Source: Basidiobolus meristosporus CBS 931.73
Taxonomy: Eukaryota; Fungi; Basidiobolomycota
Reading direction: 5' to 3'
NCBI GenBank assembly: GCA_002104905.1
Contig: MCFE01000215.1
Location: 1 to 64,000 of the forward strand
DNA length: 64,000 nucleotides
In this document: positions 23,115-34,889 of the stretch, piece by piece
Layout: each line of letters opens with the position of its first letter
Position numbering within the stretch: position 1 is the stretch's first letter
The notes under the pieces: generated by a model
Seen by the model: the letters and a program-made list of their open reading frames with translations, nothing else
What the model was told of the DNA's origin: nothing
Databases searched by the model: none
Position numbers and translations under genes: made by a program

Positions 23115-25001
23115 TTATGGCAAGAGGGTGAAGTTCATGATCGAAAGTACTCGGTTGGCGAGATCTTCATCAGCAAAAGACCAAGTTACCAAGAGGGCAT
23201 CAGTTCTGGCATCGGCGGTTGGCCGTATCTCGATTGTTCTGATCTTGACGTGGAGCTCCGGTGTGGTTTCTACTTGTAGAGTATTGCCCAACGCTGCCAC
23301 CAGAGCCTCTTTGACCTTGTCCAAAGCGCGAAGGCTAGGGTCTTGGGTTACGTCCATGTCGGACGCGGTGTAGAGTTTGGATGGGTCGAAGACCTTGGTC
23401 AACTCAAAGAATAGCTGGTGAGAGTGCTCCTGTGCATTGTTGACAAATTCGTCGCGGCTTATCAATCGATCTGGCTTGCCTTTGTTATAGACAAGCACTC
23501 CCTGGATAGGCACTTTTTGCTTCGGCCGAAGCTGGCTGATGGCTGACTGACGCTCGACCGGATTGGAGGAGTTGAACAGATCAGTGGTCAAGGTGCGACT
23601 CATTTCAAGATGCTTCTTCATCAACTCCACGGATATATCCACTGTGGCCACGTTGTTGGTTTCGATAGTTAAGCTGGTGCCATTGGCTGGATAGTAGCAG
23701 GAGATATCGAATTCCTTGGTGATCTTCGTTTGCAAAAAGCCCATCTTGGATTTCTCTCCATGGACTAGGATGACATTCCTGGGCTCGCATTGTCGGATGA
23801 GTTGCATGATGCCTTTGGCGTCCGCATGAGCACTGAACGAGAGATTCTTTACTTGCAGATTTACATGGATAGTCGTGAAATTGTCCACTTCTATAACCTT
23901 TTGCCCGGCCAATACCTTGGCTCCAACGGTGCCGGCAACACAATAGCCGGGCAAAATGACCATGTTTTTCTCGAAAGGTGCCCACTTTTTGAAAACCTCC
24001 AGCGACGTCCCGATATGCAGCATACCCGGAGTGGCGAATAGAACCATCGGCCCTGGCTGGTCCATGTAGGAGCGCTCCCAAGGTTTGATGTGCTTGAAAT
24101 CAAACATGTTTCTCTGGGTAAAAGTGCTTTTGATCTTCTGGTTAGTCCAGTTGATGAACAGTTTGTAGTACTCATTTGCTCGCTCAGTCAAACCAGCAGA
24201 GAAATAAACAGGGACGTTCAGGCCCATACGTTCCCAGTACGTCTCGATCAAGATGCACAGCTCCTGCGCTCTGCCTAGTGCAAACACTGGGATAATCACA
24301 TTTCCCCCCTGAGAGACACAGTCATGCACTTTCTGAAGGAAATCTCGCTCTCGGGACCGCTTGGAATCACGAATGGTGGTCGCATAGGTGGTTTCAGTGA
24401 TCAAGATGTCTGGCCTGCATTTATCTATCCAGGCAGAGCCCAAGTGTCGATCGGGTGTCATGTTATAATCGCCGGTGTAGACCACAGACTGCTCACCAAC
24501 CCGCACATAGAACATGGCCGCGCCCAAAACATGCCCTGCGTAATATGGCTTGATCTCGAGCTCGTCATCCACGTAAGCTGTTTCGTGCAAATTCAACGCA
24601 ATAACCTTTTTCATGCAATCCTTGATCATTTGCGAGGTGAAAAAATTGGTCTCTCCCTTTCTTTCAACAGTGATCTTGCGATAATCTTCCAACAAAATGG
24701 GGCAGATGGCTTTAGTCGGGTGGGTCATGTAGATGGGGCCGTCGTAGCCACAGATGCCAGTAAAGTGAGGAAGAGCCCCGCAATGGTCCAAATGGAAATG
24801 ACTAATGATAACACAATCCAACGCTTCGGTGAACTTTCCGGTTTTTGATATGTAACTGAAGTCGGGAAACCTACGCTCATCGTTGTACCCCATATGCATT
24901 CCACAATCGAACATGATGTTTTTACCACCCATAGACAAGAGAATACAACTACGTCCAACATCTTGCCCAGCTCCCAGGGGAGTGATCTGTATCTTTGGCA
25001 T
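23115..25001 (-). CDS. INTS11: Integrator complex subunit 11 (CPSF73-like MBL/beta-CASP endonuclease)
   Basis: [64 protein letters not shown]. These signatures match INTS11 rather than CPSF73/Ysh1. Confidence 0.93.
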   Translation of the reverse strand: MPKIQITPLGAGQDVGRSCILLSMGGKNIMFDCGMHMGYNDERRFPDFSYISKTGKFTEALDCVIISHFHLDHCGALPHFTGICGYDGPIYMTHPTKAICPILLEDYRKITVERKGETNFFTSQMIKDCMKKVIALNLHETAYVDDELEIKPYYAGHVLGAAMFYVRVGEQSVVYTGDYNMTPDRHLGSAWIDKCRPDILITETTYATTIRDSKRSRERDFLQKVHDCVSQGGNVIIPVFALGRAQELCILIETYWERMGLNVPVYFSAGLTERANEYYKLFINWTNQKIKSTFTQRNMFDFKHIKPWERSYMDQPGPMVLFATPGMLHIGTSLEVFKKWAPFEKNMVILPGYCVAGTVGAKVLAGQKVIEVDNFTTIHVNLQVKNLSFSAHADAKGIMQLIRQCEPRNVILVHGEKSKMGFLQTKITKEFDISCYYPANGTSLTIETNNVATVDISVELMKKHLEMSRTLTTDLFNSSNPVERQSAISQLRPKQKVPIQGVLVYNKGKPDRLISRDEFVNNAQEHSHQLFFELTKVFDPSKLYTASDMDVTQDPSLRALDKVKEALVAALGNTLQVETTPELHVKIRTIEIRPTADARTDALLVTWSFADEDLANRVLSIMNFTLLP

Positions 25002-26184
25002 GTCTAGGTCAACTGTATATACCTAGGCTGAGTTGTCGAACAATATTAGTTGAATGAACCTCAAAAATCAGAGCGAAGAAAAAATAGCAGTTTGCTAATC
25101 TCAGCTGTAATATACCAGAATCATCCGTTTTAGAACGGCCAATGATTGTTTTAAAGCACGAGACTTGGAGGCGCATTGAAGATCTTACGTCACCTAAGCA
25201 CTGATGTTGCTGCTGGGCTTCTGACTTGATCATGGGATGGGTTGAGTTGCATCAATGGTATTACATTAACAACTTTCCAAATATGTGACTGGTATCATGC
25301 AAACATGGTCTCATCACTAAAAGATAGTCCGCTTCCACAGTTAGTTCATGACCTGTCTGCATATAAACCCGACTCTTTTCCCCCTAACCCCTCGCCTAGC
25401 GCTGCTCTAAGTTATATATTTCTCTCACCAGTATCAGCCCCACGTATTTATTTGTTTTTCGCCTCGTTTCCTGAACCACTATGGACAACGTTACTTTGAT
25501 ATGGTTCTTTTCCTGCACATTCTTGGGCTGGATAACAAGCTCCACTGGTAGCTACTATACATTTGATTGAGGTAATCCTTTTGCTCATTCAATCCTTATT
25601 AGGCTCTCGTTTGCTCTCCCCCACCTCCGATTCCTCGCTTTTACAAAACCAGCATTTGCATATATCCTGGTCTGACGATGACCTAGGTAGGTTGCACACC
25701 GTTACCAACCCCATTGCATGGCACAACCATTAAGCATGTTTCTGGTAAATTTCCTAGAACCTAGCGACCTTGTGGACATTATGTTAGTACATAGAGCCAA
25801 GAAGATCAGGAAAGCGACCAGGACGTTGCTTGCTTCTGGTGTTCCGGTTAGCCAAACAAAGTTCTCTACCTTTATATACCCGCAATTTGGCGTTGGTACC
25901 GATTACTATCTTGAGCTAAAGACGAGGAATTCTCGCGTAAAGCTGGTTAGCGGGCCGCTAACCATCAAGGCATGAGGTCCCTTTTGCAATTATGTAAACT
26001 AGTTCATTTGCACTCGCCGCTTTTCAATATGTTAGAATAGGCGGGTTGAATGGGTGCGCGCTGCCAAAATGGTCATGAATCGGTCAAAAAGGGCAACACC
26101 CACTCCATCCCACCATCCCATACCATGGGCAGATGTATGTAAATTACTGTACGATCAATTCGATAAATAAACAACCATCATACT

Positions 26185-27581
26185 TTATTCATTCACTGAG
26201 TTGTGATTGGTACGAGCCAGTTCAAGGAACTTCTCAAACTCAACTCGAACCTGCTCCGTCACCGCTTCAGCGATCCCTTCCAACCCTTCCGCATCATCCA
26301 TGACACCGGAGATGACCACTTTGTTGTCATAGCTTAGAATTCCCAGCCCCAACGAACCAGGACCTGGAGTGGGTGGGATGGCAATGTAACGGTCGATGGG
26401 TTTCCCTGAGAAGGAGATGCTTTTGCTGGGGCCCGGGACATTGGTCAGAATGGCATGGCATTTCGACATGAACCACTGTACTGGGAATTTGCACAGATAG
26501 TCATTCAGAAACGACAAAGGCGCGACTATCCAACGCACTGCCCATGGTTCGATGGATCGCTTCATCTTTTCCGAGCGGGAGTGTACCTGGTCGATCAGCT
26601 TCACGGGATCCGACGAGGTGATATCGATCGGGAAGAAAGCAATGCCGATCTCGTTCCCGGGGGAAAAATCGTCCGGCTTACGGAGACTCACAGGAACCAT
26701 GTACAGGAAGATCCGATCTTGTAGCATGTCCTTACCAAGAAGATGGTTCCGGAGGGCCAAATTGAGTATCGTGATCAACACGTCGTTTACGGTCGCATTG
26801 TATGTACGTCTGATGAACTTGATCTCCTCAAGCGAGATGTCATCCGACCAGTAGACCCTCTTCTTAACTGGCTTTCCGTGCGTTGGCTGTAATGATTTCC
26901 GCTGGAACACCGCAATCTGAGAGATCTGTACCACTTCCCAGAGTAGCATGTATATGAATCCCAGGATTCCCATGAGCACGTCTAGTACCCTGGCAAAATC
27001 CCCTCGGGGTTTTTGGTCCCCACGTGACTTGGAGCTGTATCGTAGCTCTGGCCCGGCGGAGGTGATGCTCAAGAGGCAGTGAATGAAGCCGATCCCGTCA
27101 CTGATGGTATGGTGTGCACGCACTAAGGAACGAAACGGAATGGTCAGCTCCCTTCATATTATCAAACCAACTTCCACTTACCTATGACTACACAGCCACC
27201 AGTTTCCAAGCCCTCAATGACGTGAGTTTGCCACATAGGCTTTTTGAGGTCGAACTCACGCGAGTATATCTTGGAAGCGAACTCGGTCACCTCTTTCTTG
27301 CCGGAATTCTCCAAGGTTACCCACTCGATGTGCTCCGAGAGCTCAAACTCTTTGTGATCAACCCAAACCTTTCTAAACCGAGATTCTTCTTGTACGACTT
27401 GACGGAACTTCGGGAACTGTTCTATCAAGTGTTGGTGTTGCTTCATCACTTGCTCCCTGTCCAGAGGCTCGGAGAATTCCCAGATGGACATGACCGTGGA
27501 AGGTCTTTGAGGCTCGTTGAGTTTCAGGTAAAGGTTGTCCATGCCATTTAGCACGGAGCTTTGGGATGCTTTTGTGTCCAT
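26185..27581 (-). CDS. Wax ester synthase / diacylglycerol acyltransferase (WS/DGAT)
   Basis: Catalytic HHTISDG motif, PMWQTHVIEGL, C-terminal TNVPGP. Intron 27181-27123 joins the two track ORFs. Confidence 0.9.
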
Positions 27582-27960
27582 GTTGAACTCACCTGTTCTC
27601 TTGTATCAGGGTCCACTAGCAGATAGAGTAGGTTTTATGCATAGCTAGCAAGGAATGCCAGAAGTGGCTCTCATGTGAAATTGCTAAATTTGTAGAAATC
27701 ACTGAGAAAATGGGATATAATAGTCGAGTATTGAGCCAATCATGATTTTGGAAAATGCAGCCACTGTATTCATTTATTTCGAGCGTGGATTCGGTGGGAA
27801 GGGGATCCAATGCAACCCAGGATTTCTGGCCGTCAAGTGACTTGGAAAATAAAGAAAGCCACCGTCTAAACCTCTTTGTGAAGATAGTGTGTATTGGTAA
27901 GGTTTGTGAATATTTTAACAGGGAGTAAGTCAAAGTTGATGAGAGCATTGGCCCGGCCAT

Positions 27961-28911
27961 TCACAGCAAACGGCCGCTTCTTCTGACCGATGATATATAG
28001 CAGCCCAAGTTGATCAACATCACTGCCACTGAACCCATATTATGTCTTGAGAATATGTGGTTCCATTGCTGTCGATTCGACAGATATTTGATGTGAAAAC
28101 GGAGTTGAATGAGTGATGCGAATGCAAAGGTCAAGAGGAGAATCTTCTGTGAGGACAAATCTTTCATACGAAATCCCATCAAAGCCAGGAATGTCCAGGG
28201 CATGTTCATTTTCCCCATGAATTTTGTGAGTAATAGTGTAGTTGGATTTAGCTGCTCTGAACCAAAGGGTAAGTGGGCGTGGGTTAGGAGAGTGGTGGCT
28301 CCAGATTTGGCAAGAGAGTAGCCAACGATCAAGTGCCAGCTGGCTGTTGCTAAGAAGGCGGTTTGGTTGGTTTTGAAGAGCACTAGAAACGCCTGCACTA
28401 GGTGGTTGGCCGAGTTCAAGAGTACCGATAGTCCATCATCAGTATGTTCTGAGGTAGAGGCAAGTGCTTCCGTTTTATTCTGTACAAGTTTGAGCTTTGT
28501 TCCGTTATCAAAACGCCCGTGGTGGTTGGTTCTATTATTACGAATAGAATGTCGAAGCCTCATACTTTGTGAGGTAGATACCGAATCAGTTGCTGATGCA
28601 TATCCCTCGAGGCTTGGTTCGTCAATTTCAGCATCTACTACTGAATGTGATTGTTCGCTTTTTGCAGATAGCGAATCGGCTTGAAATAATTCTATCTGGT
28701 GGGTTTCAATTTCCTGCGGCGTTTTAGGAATAGCGACCTCATCGTCGTCGCTCGCTTCAGGAGTGAAGGCAGCCTTCTCACCCTTGATCCAGCTTTGAGG
28801 GGAAGTAACTACTGAATAGGAAGGATTTTGGTTGCTGCCGAGTTGATGGACTGCGCTCAAAGGCTTCAATTGAAAACCTGGCTCTGGATCCTCGTACGAA
28901 GCAAATGACAT
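27961..28911 (-). CDS. Hypothetical protein: disordered acidic/Ser N-half and hydrophobic C-half
   Basis: 316-aa ATG-initiated ORF with several hydrophobic segments; no family recognised. Confidence 0.6.
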   Translation of the reverse strand: MSFASYEDPEPGFQLKPLSAVHQLGSNQNPSYSVVTSPQSWIKGEKAAFTPEASDDDEVAIPKTPQEIETHQIELFQADSLSAKSEQSHSVVDAEIDEPSLEGYASATDSVSTSQSMRLRHSIRNNRTNHHGRFDNGTKLKLVQNKTEALASTSEHTDDGLSVLLNSANHLVQAFLVLFKTNQTAFLATASWHLIVGYSLAKSGATTLLTHAHLPFGSEQLNPTTLLLTKFMGKMNMPWTFLALMGFRMKDLSSQKILLLTFAFASLIQLRFHIKYLSNRQQWNHIFSRHNMGSVAVMLINLGCYISSVRRSGRLL

Positions 28912-29604
28912 GACTATTAAATATGTTCAGGAAATAGAGAGAAGTGGACAAGTTGTATTCTAAGCGGAACGGAATTTAGGCCTATGGATGGTAGACAACC
29001 CGAGTCTACTCTAGTATGGGCAAGGGAATGCTAACTATTTTGGTCAAACACGTTCCACGCTTTCTTGTTGAGGAGATTCTCCTTTCCAATATGTATGGGA
29101 TGGTAACCGTTGGTACTGCTACGAACACTAATCAAATCAATTCTCATTGGGGGTTTTTTTCAACATTACTGATCTGATTTCGAAGGAACATGCCAATGTC
29201 CCAAGAAACATAGAAAACACTTGTGGCAATCACATGAAGTTCTCTCACATCGGGATCATGTGAATGATAGGGGATGTAACACAGCAAGGGTGCTCATGGG
29301 GGAAAATACGATCAATCCGTTGACCAACGATTAACCGGATCGATCGTGGTTGTTCTGGATATTTGGTGCAGCCAGCCCCAGATGTATATAGTAGAGATAG
29401 TAAATGATGGAGCTCTGGATTTCTATGTTAGTGCTCTGGATTGCCGCCTCACCAATGTGAAACATATGATTCTTCGCAGACCGGTCACGCGAGCATCACT
29501 CAATTAGTACAAATGAACTACATGAGGTAAGGCCACGCCCAGTGTATAAATTTCGGACTGGTCTGCATATTGCGCTCACAAAGCTATACTCAACAAACCG
29601 AATC

Positions 29605-29763
29605 ATGTTCACCTGGATTTCCCAAGCATTCCGCCGTACTGCCAACTCATCCCCCCAGAGCAAAAAAGCAGTGGTAGCGTCCCTCACCTTGACCGCAACA
29701 ACGCCGGCATACACCTCCCTTCACGACAAGCAGGAGGTTGTGGACACGTTACTTATCATGTAG
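29605..29763 (+). CDS. Candidate 52-aa microprotein A
   Basis: MFTWISQAFRR..HDKQEVVDTLLIM. Shares motifs with the ORF at 30128. Upstream GTATAAA at about 29546. Confidence 0.5.
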   Translation: MFTWISQAFRRTANSSPQSKKAVVASLTLTATTPAYTSLHDKQEVVDTLLIM

Positions 29764-29785
29764 TATCCTTCTGTATATATCAAGC

Positions 29786-29935
29786 ATGCTGTATAATATA
29801 TAAATGATATACTACGATAATAAACACTGTACAATTCTTTCCTTAAGCTCATCTCGCAAGCTGCGTAATGTATAAATGATATACTACGATAATAAACACT
29901 GTGCGATTCTTTCCTCAAGCTCGTAATTTCTGAAA
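29786..29935. repeat. Two-copy tandem duplication, period 72 bp
   Basis: TATAAATGATATACTACGATAATAAACACTGT at 29799 and 29871. Confidence 0.9.
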
Positions 29936-30127
29936 TCTATTTCGTAACAGAACCAAAAATGGTCCAGACAGGGCTAGATTTTGTAGTCTAGATACACCTG
30001 TGATGTGGGCACATCATCTTGGTCACTTACTCTAACAAGAACCCCTTCCTGTCTAGTTGTCCTTTGCTGATGCATTTAAAAAGAGCTCGCCCGGTTGGTT
30101 TTGGGGTCAACATACTGCATACATTCA

Positions 30128-30301
30128 ATGAACTCTTGGACCACCAACGTATTTCGCCGAGTCTTTGCCTCCACTAGAGGTAACCTCTCCAAGACCAAGG
30201 CCAAACCAAACCCTAGCCCCTCCGTTGCCCCAACAACCAACACTACTATCGACTCGGAGGAGAGACGCGAACTAGTCTACTCACTTCTGTCTGCCTTTTA
30301 A
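30128..30301 (+). CDS. Candidate 57-aa microprotein B
   Basis: MNSWTTNVFRR..EERRELVYSLLSAF. Same W4, F9-R10-R11 and C-terminal helix motif as A. Confidence 0.5.
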   Translation: MNSWTTNVFRRVFASTRGNLSKTKAKPNPSPSVAPTTNTTIDSEERRELVYSLLSAF

Positions 30302-31410
30302 AGTCGTATAATCTGAAGTTTGTAAATATTCACGCCGATGCTTTCCGCTGTTGTAAAAACCAATAATCCACCATGCGTGCTGAACAATAAACCAATCTAC
30401 TCCATTCTTAAACAATCATGATAAATCTGGGGTAACTCGCAAATTAACCTTTAACCGATCCCCACATGAATTGGCCATATAATGCATTTGATTCGGCAAG
30501 GATGCCATGACTCGTGCTTACTCTGAATGGAGATTCTTCCACGCACGAGGTACCTGCCAAGAGAAACCCCCGATGAAAAGGGATCCATTACTTTCTATTT
30601 CGTAGTTGACAAACCATCGTTCGGAGTGGAGCATCCATAAGAAGTTCCGCTTTCTTTCGAAAAGCAGCAGATGGGCCGTCTAGGTTGATTTGCCGTGAAT
30701 ACGTCCAGGTATTTCTATTTCGGCTGGTTTATTGTTGATATGTTTTATCCTCGCTTAATAAGCGGTTGGGAAGAATGCTCCACAATCTTATTTGAATGTA
30801 TATGAATCATCCTAATGACAAAAAGCTCAAGCATTGCCGCCCAATTCTACCTACACAACAACTGGCCTTGCATTTCCATATGTATGAGTGATACGGCCAA
30901 ATACGTACGAGTGTCTCTACACTTCACATCCACAGGTGCAACCAAGCGTAATAAGCAAGAAGAATAGAATAAATGCCAACCAAATAGGTGACGTCACGGT
31001 CAATGAAACCATTAGAGCATTTAAGCAATGTATAAAGCAAAACAATGATTATTCTGGGGAAGGTTCATCTGCGGCATTTTAAATCAAATGCCGATCAAGG
31101 GGATCACAAGGGCAGGAGAACAAAATCAAGGGAATCATAGTAAACAACCCACAAAAAATCAAAATACCCACCAAAACCTCCCAGAATCCGCGATTTTTTG
31201 GATTTTTTTTCGGACAGGTGAAGAGGGGAATGAATTGAGTTTGGGTCTAGATTCATCAGTGGTCCGATTTGGTCAAAATATTCTCACTTTTTGCATTTTC
31301 CCCAGTTATCTTTGAGGGAGACAAAGGTGTGCAAACGATAGCGAAGTGCATTTTTGGGGCCGTGAATTAGTTTATCGAGCCTACTCTCACCTCCAGCCCT
31401 AATATACTCT

Positions 31411-34400
31411 TTGACCAGTTCCCCCCTTTGCATATGTAAAATAATGTTCAGACAATTCCCTTCCACGAATACTGTTCATCGTACCGAAAGGTATTTGCCT
31501 AAACTTCTTTTCTTGGTCAACAAATGTCAAAGCAGGCCGCGCTTGTATCAACGGGCGTTTTCAAGCAAAACCCCTTGCCTATTCCCAGTAGAAACCTCCA
31601 TTAACAACGTCAGCTCCAACAAAACTCTACTTACCACTTTCAAAAACGCTCTTCTTCGCCAAGATGTGAACACTGCTTGGATCGTCTTCAACCAACTAGT
31701 GAAAATGAATGAGGAGCGTGCTATCACCTTCAACCAATATTCCGACCTTCTACACCTAATCAACAAGTCGGGCTTCGATCTCGCTAAAGGCTCGAAGATT
31801 ATCGAATACATGGAGAAGATCGGTGTACAATATAATTCTCAGTTGGGCTACACCCCCATAGCCTCCTTCTATGCAAACCATGGGAAGAGCTCCCAAGTAG
31901 AAACCATCCTTTCCGATATGCTGGCCCGGAAGGTGCAGGTGAACCAGGTGTTTTTCAATCATTTGATTGCCGCTGCGGGGAAGGTCAGCATCAATTCAGC
32001 GTTGCATTATTTGCAAAAGATGACCGAGATGGAGATCCCGCCGAATGTGGTATCTTACAACACGATTCTGTCGTGCTGTAAAAGTCACCGCAATACAGAG
32101 ATCCTCGAGGAGGTGCTCCGTAGCATGAAGGAGAGATCGATAGATTTCGACAAATACACATACAAGGCTTTGCTTGATATTTACGCCATGAACCGGGATA
32201 CCGCCAAGGTTTTGGATTTGTATCATGCTCTAGAGAAAAACGAACATCTTCTTTTCCACCCGCAGATCAGGCCGAAATTGATCGATGTATTGTCAAAGGC
32301 TGGTCAGACAAAGTCTTTGCAAAGCATGTATCAGCTGATGCTGGAGCATGAAGTTCGTGTAGATGCTGGCCTGTACAACGCACTGATTTCTGCTTATAGC
32401 TCGTCATCGCAGACAGACAAGGCGGTGAAGGTGATGCAAGACATGCTCAAGAAGGGTCTTCAGCCTCCTGCCAGAGCGTGTAACATGGTCATCCAGAGCT
32501 ACGTATCCAAAAAGGCCATCGGAAAGGCCAGCTCGTTTTTTCAACAGTTGAAGCAGGCCAAGGTCAAGCCAGATGCCACTGGCTACACTGCCATGATCAA
32601 TGGGTACATACAGGCTGGGGATTTTTCGAATGCTGAGCTGCTTGTTGCTGAGTTGACGAGTGATAATAAGCCGCCCAATGTGCTCACGTATGGTGCCCTG
32701 ATCGATGGCTATACAAAGCGCGGGAAGCTGTCTAATGCATTGGATTTACTTCAATCCATGAAGGATAGCAGCGTTACACCCAACACCTTTATTTACACGA
32801 GTTTGATCAACGCTTATATGAAGCAGTCCAAAGTCGACGAGGCCATGGACCTGCTTCGTGACATGCTTGCTATGGGCGTGCGGCCTAACACTGTTACCTA
32901 CAACGTCCTGATCAACGGAGTTCTTCGCATTTCCAAGCCTCAGAAAGCATTCGAGATATACAAGCAAATGGGTGCTGCAAACGTCGCTCCTAATTGTAGT
33001 ACCTTTACTGTGCTTCTGCAAGGTCTGGCCAGAGGGAAGAGGCTGGCTCTGATCCAAGATCTTCATCACGATATGATTCATGGCAACACAAAGCTGGACA
33101 AGATGGCTTATGATTCTCTGCTATCTGCCTACTCCTTTATCGGGCGAAAGGCCAACAAATCCCTGCTTCAAGCTTACGGTGATATGCAAAGTGCGGGCTT
33201 TACCCCCAACGCCCTAAACTGCAGCGTTCTCATCAAGTGTTTTGTCGAAGAACTCGAAGTAGACAAGGCGTTCGACGTATACCAAAGTATGGTCAAGTCA
33301 GGTTATGCACCCACTTCCTCGGACTGCAACGCACTCATCCAGAGTTGCGGCCACAATAATGGACTGGACAAAGCACTGGAGGTCTACAGTGCCATGATCA
33401 AGCAAGAGCACTCGCCAACCCCCTACACTTATGCTGTCCTGATTAGTATGTGCGCCAAGCACAGGCGTTTGTCTAAAGCCATGGAGTTCTATCAAAGTAT
33501 GCTGGATCGTGATATCAACCCTACCACTTTTGTGTACAACTCTCTTGTAAAAGTCTGCGCCAGCCACAACAATTCCGAGGAAATCGCGAAGCTGCTACAG
33601 AGCATGAAGCAACGCAACGTCTACCCGGATGTGGCAACCTATACACTGCTCATTGATCATTATGCCAAGAACTCCAACATGCCCAAGGCCCTTGAGATTT
33701 ACGACCAGATGTGCCAGACAGACATCGAGCCTAATACGATCACCCGAACTGTCCTAGCCAATGGGTTTTTGAAGAATAACCAAGCGGAGAAGGCGACCGA
33801 AATACTGGAGACGATGGTTTCTACTGGTGCCCGGCCTGATCTATATACCTACTCGAGTTTAATCAATGCATACTGCAAGAGCTCCAGGCTTGCAGAGGCC
33901 CTGCTGAAGTACCAAGACATGCTGGATGATGGATACCAACCAAACGCTGTTCTGCTGAACACGCTGATGGACAGCTTCGGCAAAAATCACGACCTAGAAC
34001 ATACACTAGCCATCTATAGAGACATGAAGTCGTGGGATATCGCGCCCACCGTCCAGACCTACAATATTCTAATGAACGCTCATCTTATCAACAACGACCC
34101 TGCAAAAGCACTCGAGTGGCACGATGCCATGGTTAAGAGCAACGTCCAGCCCAACCAGTTCACCATTGCTATTCTGATGAATTGTCACAACTACCAGGGC
34201 CAGCTCCAAGAGGTGTTCAACCTATGGAATGCGGAGAAGTCGAATCTCTTCCATCCGGACAGCCAACCTAGCGGGGCGATCTCTGTTTTGCTAGACGCGT
34301 GCGGCCATAATGACGACATCACGCGGCTGAGGTCCACCTGGGCAATGCTCAAGAAGGAGGGCTATCGTTTGACGTCGAACAACCTGGCCGCCTATGTGGA

Positions 34401-34632
34401 GGCGCTTTGCAGACTGGGCTGCCACGATGAAGCGTACGAGCAATTCGAATCGCAAATCCAAGAGCTCAACATCACCCCTGACATCAAACTATGCAGAACC
34501 ATCACTGCGGCATTCATTCAGGACCAAAGGACGGGCCAAGTCCGACGGATACGGGATTACTTGACGGCGGAATACCCACATCTGCTACAGGAGCTCACCC
34601 GTGACGAGTGGTTCCAAAAGCAACCCTTTTGA
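31411..34632 (+). CDS. Large pentatricopeptide-repeat (P-class PPR) protein, probably mitochondrial
   Basis: Intronless, roughly 20 or more tandem 35-aa motifs (PNxxTYxxLIxxY..G...A..L...M...G). Basic N-terminal presequence; likely ATG at 31444. Confidence 0.95.
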   Translation: MTSSPLCICKIMFRQFPSTNTVHRTERYLPKLLFLVNKCQSRPRLYQRAFSSKTPCLFPVETSINNVSSNKTLLTTFKNALLRQDVNTAWIVFNQLVKMNEERAITFNQYSDLLHLINKSGFDLAKGSKIIEYMEKIGVQYNSQLGYTPIASFYANHGKSSQVETILSDMLARKVQVNQVFFNHLIAAAGKVSINSALHYLQKMTEMEIPPNVVSYNTILSCCKSHRNTEILEEVLRSMKERSIDFDKYTYKALLDIYAMNRDTAKVLDLYHALEKNEHLLFHPQIRPKLIDVLSKAGQTKSLQSMYQLMLEHEVRVDAGLYNALISAYSSSSQTDKAVKVMQDMLKKGLQPPARACNMVIQSYVSKKAIGKASSFFQQLKQAKVKPDATGYTAMINGYIQAGDFSNAELLVAELTSDNKPPNVLTYGALIDGYTKRGKLSNALDLLQSMKDSSVTPNTFIYTSLINAYMKQSKVDEAMDLLRDMLAMGVRPNTVTYNVLINGVLRISKPQKAFEIYKQMGAANVAPNCSTFTVLLQGLARGKRLALIQDLHHDMIHGNTKLDKMAYDSLLSAYSFIGRKANKSLLQAYGDMQSAGFTPNALNCSVLIKCFVEELEVDKAFDVYQSMVKSGYAPTSSDCNALIQSCGHNNGLDKALEVYSAMIKQEHSPTPYTYAVLISMCAKHRRLSKAMEFYQSMLDRDINPTTFVYNSLVKVCASHNNSEEIAKLLQSMKQRNVYPDVATYTLLIDHYAKNSNMPKALEIYDQMCQTDIEPNTITRTVLANGFLKNNQAEKATEILETMVSTGARPDLYTYSSLINAYCKSSRLAEALLKYQDMLDDGYQPNAVLLNTLMDSFGKNHDLEHTLAIYRDMKSWDIAPTVQTYNILMNAHLINNDPAKALEWHDAMVKSNVQPNQFTIAILMNCHNYQGQLQEVFNLWNAEKSNLFHPDSQPSGAISVLLDACGHNDDITRLRSTWAMLKKEGYRLTSNNLAAYVEALCRLGCHDEAYEQFESQIQELNITPDIKLCRTITAAFIQDQRTGQVRRIRDYLTAEYPHLLQELTRDEWFQKQPF

Positions 34633-34889
34633 AGCGAGCCCTGTCCCCACCCCCGCGAACACACTCACACGTAACATCCAAAACATTTACTGCATAGAAA
34701 GCTTTTTCTTTTCATACTTGTATCATGTCCCTCCCATCTGCATCTCTGCCTTGACTTCCATTTCCATTGTGTAAAACCCATATAGATCATCTTTCATACT
34801 CCAAAGTAAAAATACAAAGTAATGATTTGTTATGCTGATGTTTTACTGAAAGCTCCGTTGTATGCATACATGTACATATAGAGGTCACT

